From the IMG/VR virus record IMGVR_UViG_3300025362_000006: 64,000 nt of DNA. One strand, given 5' to 3'. This document shows positions 62,838 to 64,000 of the stretch, in pieces. This DNA comes from an uncultured virus (IMG/VR IMGVR_UViG_3300025362_000006) (taxonomy: Duplodnaviria; Heunggongvirae; Uroviricota; Caudoviricetes). Positions within the stretch are counted from its first letter, which is position 1. Every line of letters starts with the position of its first letter. The notes under the pieces are model-generated. The model made no database searches. It worked only from the letters and a program-made list of their open reading frames with translations, and had not been told where the DNA came from. Position numbers and translations under genes: made by a program.

Positions 62838-64000
62838 ATGATTACTGATCGTCGAGAGCCGGGAGTATATGTATCAATCGAAGACTTGAGTTATGTTGCA
62901 GCTAACCCTAATGTGGGAAGGTCTGTATATTGTGTAGGGGTCTGTAAAAAGGGCCCTCACAATCGAATAGTTCAAGTAACTTCACAATCTGAGTTTCATA
63001 CAACTTTTGGGAAACCAAATTTTTATGAAACTAGTAAATCTCATTATCATATGGACAAAGCAATGCAATATTCCGGTAGAGGATATTATGTTCGCCTTTC
63101 TCCAGATGATGCAATTCAAGCTTGTGCATTGGTTAAACAATCTAGTTCTGTAGAAAGTGAATTAGTAAGTGAAATTGCACATACATTTACTTGGGCAGCC
63201 TCTGCAACTTTAGTTTGTGCTACTGATTGTTCTGCTGCTGTAAATGTTGGAGACTGGATATTTAGTGCAACTGAAGCTGCTGCTGACTATCAGTATGCAA
63301 AACAAGTACTTACTATATTTGTTGAATCTGATGGTTCTACAACACTCACATTAGATTCTGCTTATGCTGGAACAATTGGTGATGCTCAAGCGTTTAAATT
63401 TGTTCCTTATGAAACTGTTACCAATACAGGTTGGGATACAGGTCTTGAATTACCTGACACTACTGCTGACCTGGACACCGATGTTGTGTATGGTTTCTAT
63501 GCAACTGGTGCTGGTGCTTTTTATAATGATTATAAAATTAAAGGTGCCCGTAATGTTGAATTAGAAAGAATGTATGTTGATGATGAAGGTCTTGCAAAAT
63601 ACAAATATTTGTTCATGAATGTTGCTATTTATAGAGTTAATGATGATTTGACTGAATCTATGATTGAAGGTCCTTGGGTAGTATCATTAACTGATGAAAC
63701 TCCAGACGGTATTCGAATTCGTGATTTGTCAAGTGGACAGCCGCTTTATATTGAAGATATTATTAATGATAATAGTAAATTGATTCATTGTTGTGTAGGT
63801 TCAGCAATGCAAGATCTACGATCTTCTGTTAGTGCAACTAAAACGACTGAACTTCGTAAACAAATTATGATGATACTTAGTGCTGGTCAGCCTGCTGCTA
63901 CGTCTTTTATCGTTAGCGACACTACTGGGGTCCAACTCGGTAGTGGTTTTGATGGCACTACGGATGGTCAGGGAGACAGTGCAAGTCTTCCGCTTTATAA
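62838..64000 (+). CDS. tail sheath protein, N-terminal part (runs off window)
   Basis: SD AAGGAG; EPGVYVSIEDLS...KKGP...SQSEFHTTFGKP sheath N-terminal signature. Confidence 0.88.
   Translation, partial: MITDRREPGVYVSIEDLSYVAANPNVGRSVYCVGVCKKGPHNRIVQVTSQSEFHTTFGKPNFYETSKSHYHMDKAMQYSGRGYYVRLSPDDAIQACALVKQSSSVESELVSEIAHTFTWAASATLVCATDCSAAVNVGDWIFSATEAAADYQYAKQVLTIFVESDGSTTLTLDSAYAGTIGDAQAFKFVPYETVTNTGWDTGLELPDTTADLDTDVVYGFYATGAGAFYNDYKIKGARNVELERMYVDDEGLAKYKYLFMNVAIYRVNDDLTESMIEGPWVVSLTDETPDGIRIRDLSSGQPLYIEDIINDNSKLIHCCVGSAMQDLRSSVSATKTTELRKQIMMILSAGQPAATSFIVSDTTGVQLGSGFDGTTDGQGDSASLPLY

Noticed and set aside
1..64000. Genome-wide TGA (or TAG) stop-codon reassignment
   Set aside because: Only two suspicious in-frame TGAs; very long ORFs are open in code 11, Trp uses TGG, and several genes end plausibly at TGA or TAG

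Overview
AT-rich segment of a large myovirus-like (T4-superfamily / jumbo) phage genome, almost all on the + strand. It contains a cluster of probable internal head proteins, an inverted MoxR-AAA/vWA-metallopeptidase pair, baseplate genes, a RecA-like recombinase, a Cas4-like nuclease, terminase, a 3196-aa tape-measure/lysozyme protein, a DnaB-like helicase, portal, prohead protease, major capsid protein (MCP) and the start of the tail sheath. Four things stand out. (1) Six group I introns sit in head-morphogenesis genes: one in terminase, one in the prohead protease and four in MCP, leaving 45-nt and 57-nt micro-exons; splicing at the predicted sites restores a 521-aa capsid ORF. (2) All three HNH endonuclease genes are preceded by the same RNA architecture, in which a 6-nt hairpin loop is exactly complementary to the sequence overlapping the Shine-Dalgarno site, with different covarying sequence in each copy; all three HNH genes are also broken. 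(3) A strand-polarised GC-rich motif, GCCGAGGCCAA, occurs six times in coding and non-coding DNA. (4) A family of small proteins has protease-type leaders and glycine-zipper helices and shows recent module shuffling. Product calls come from motif recognition by eye; no database searches were run.
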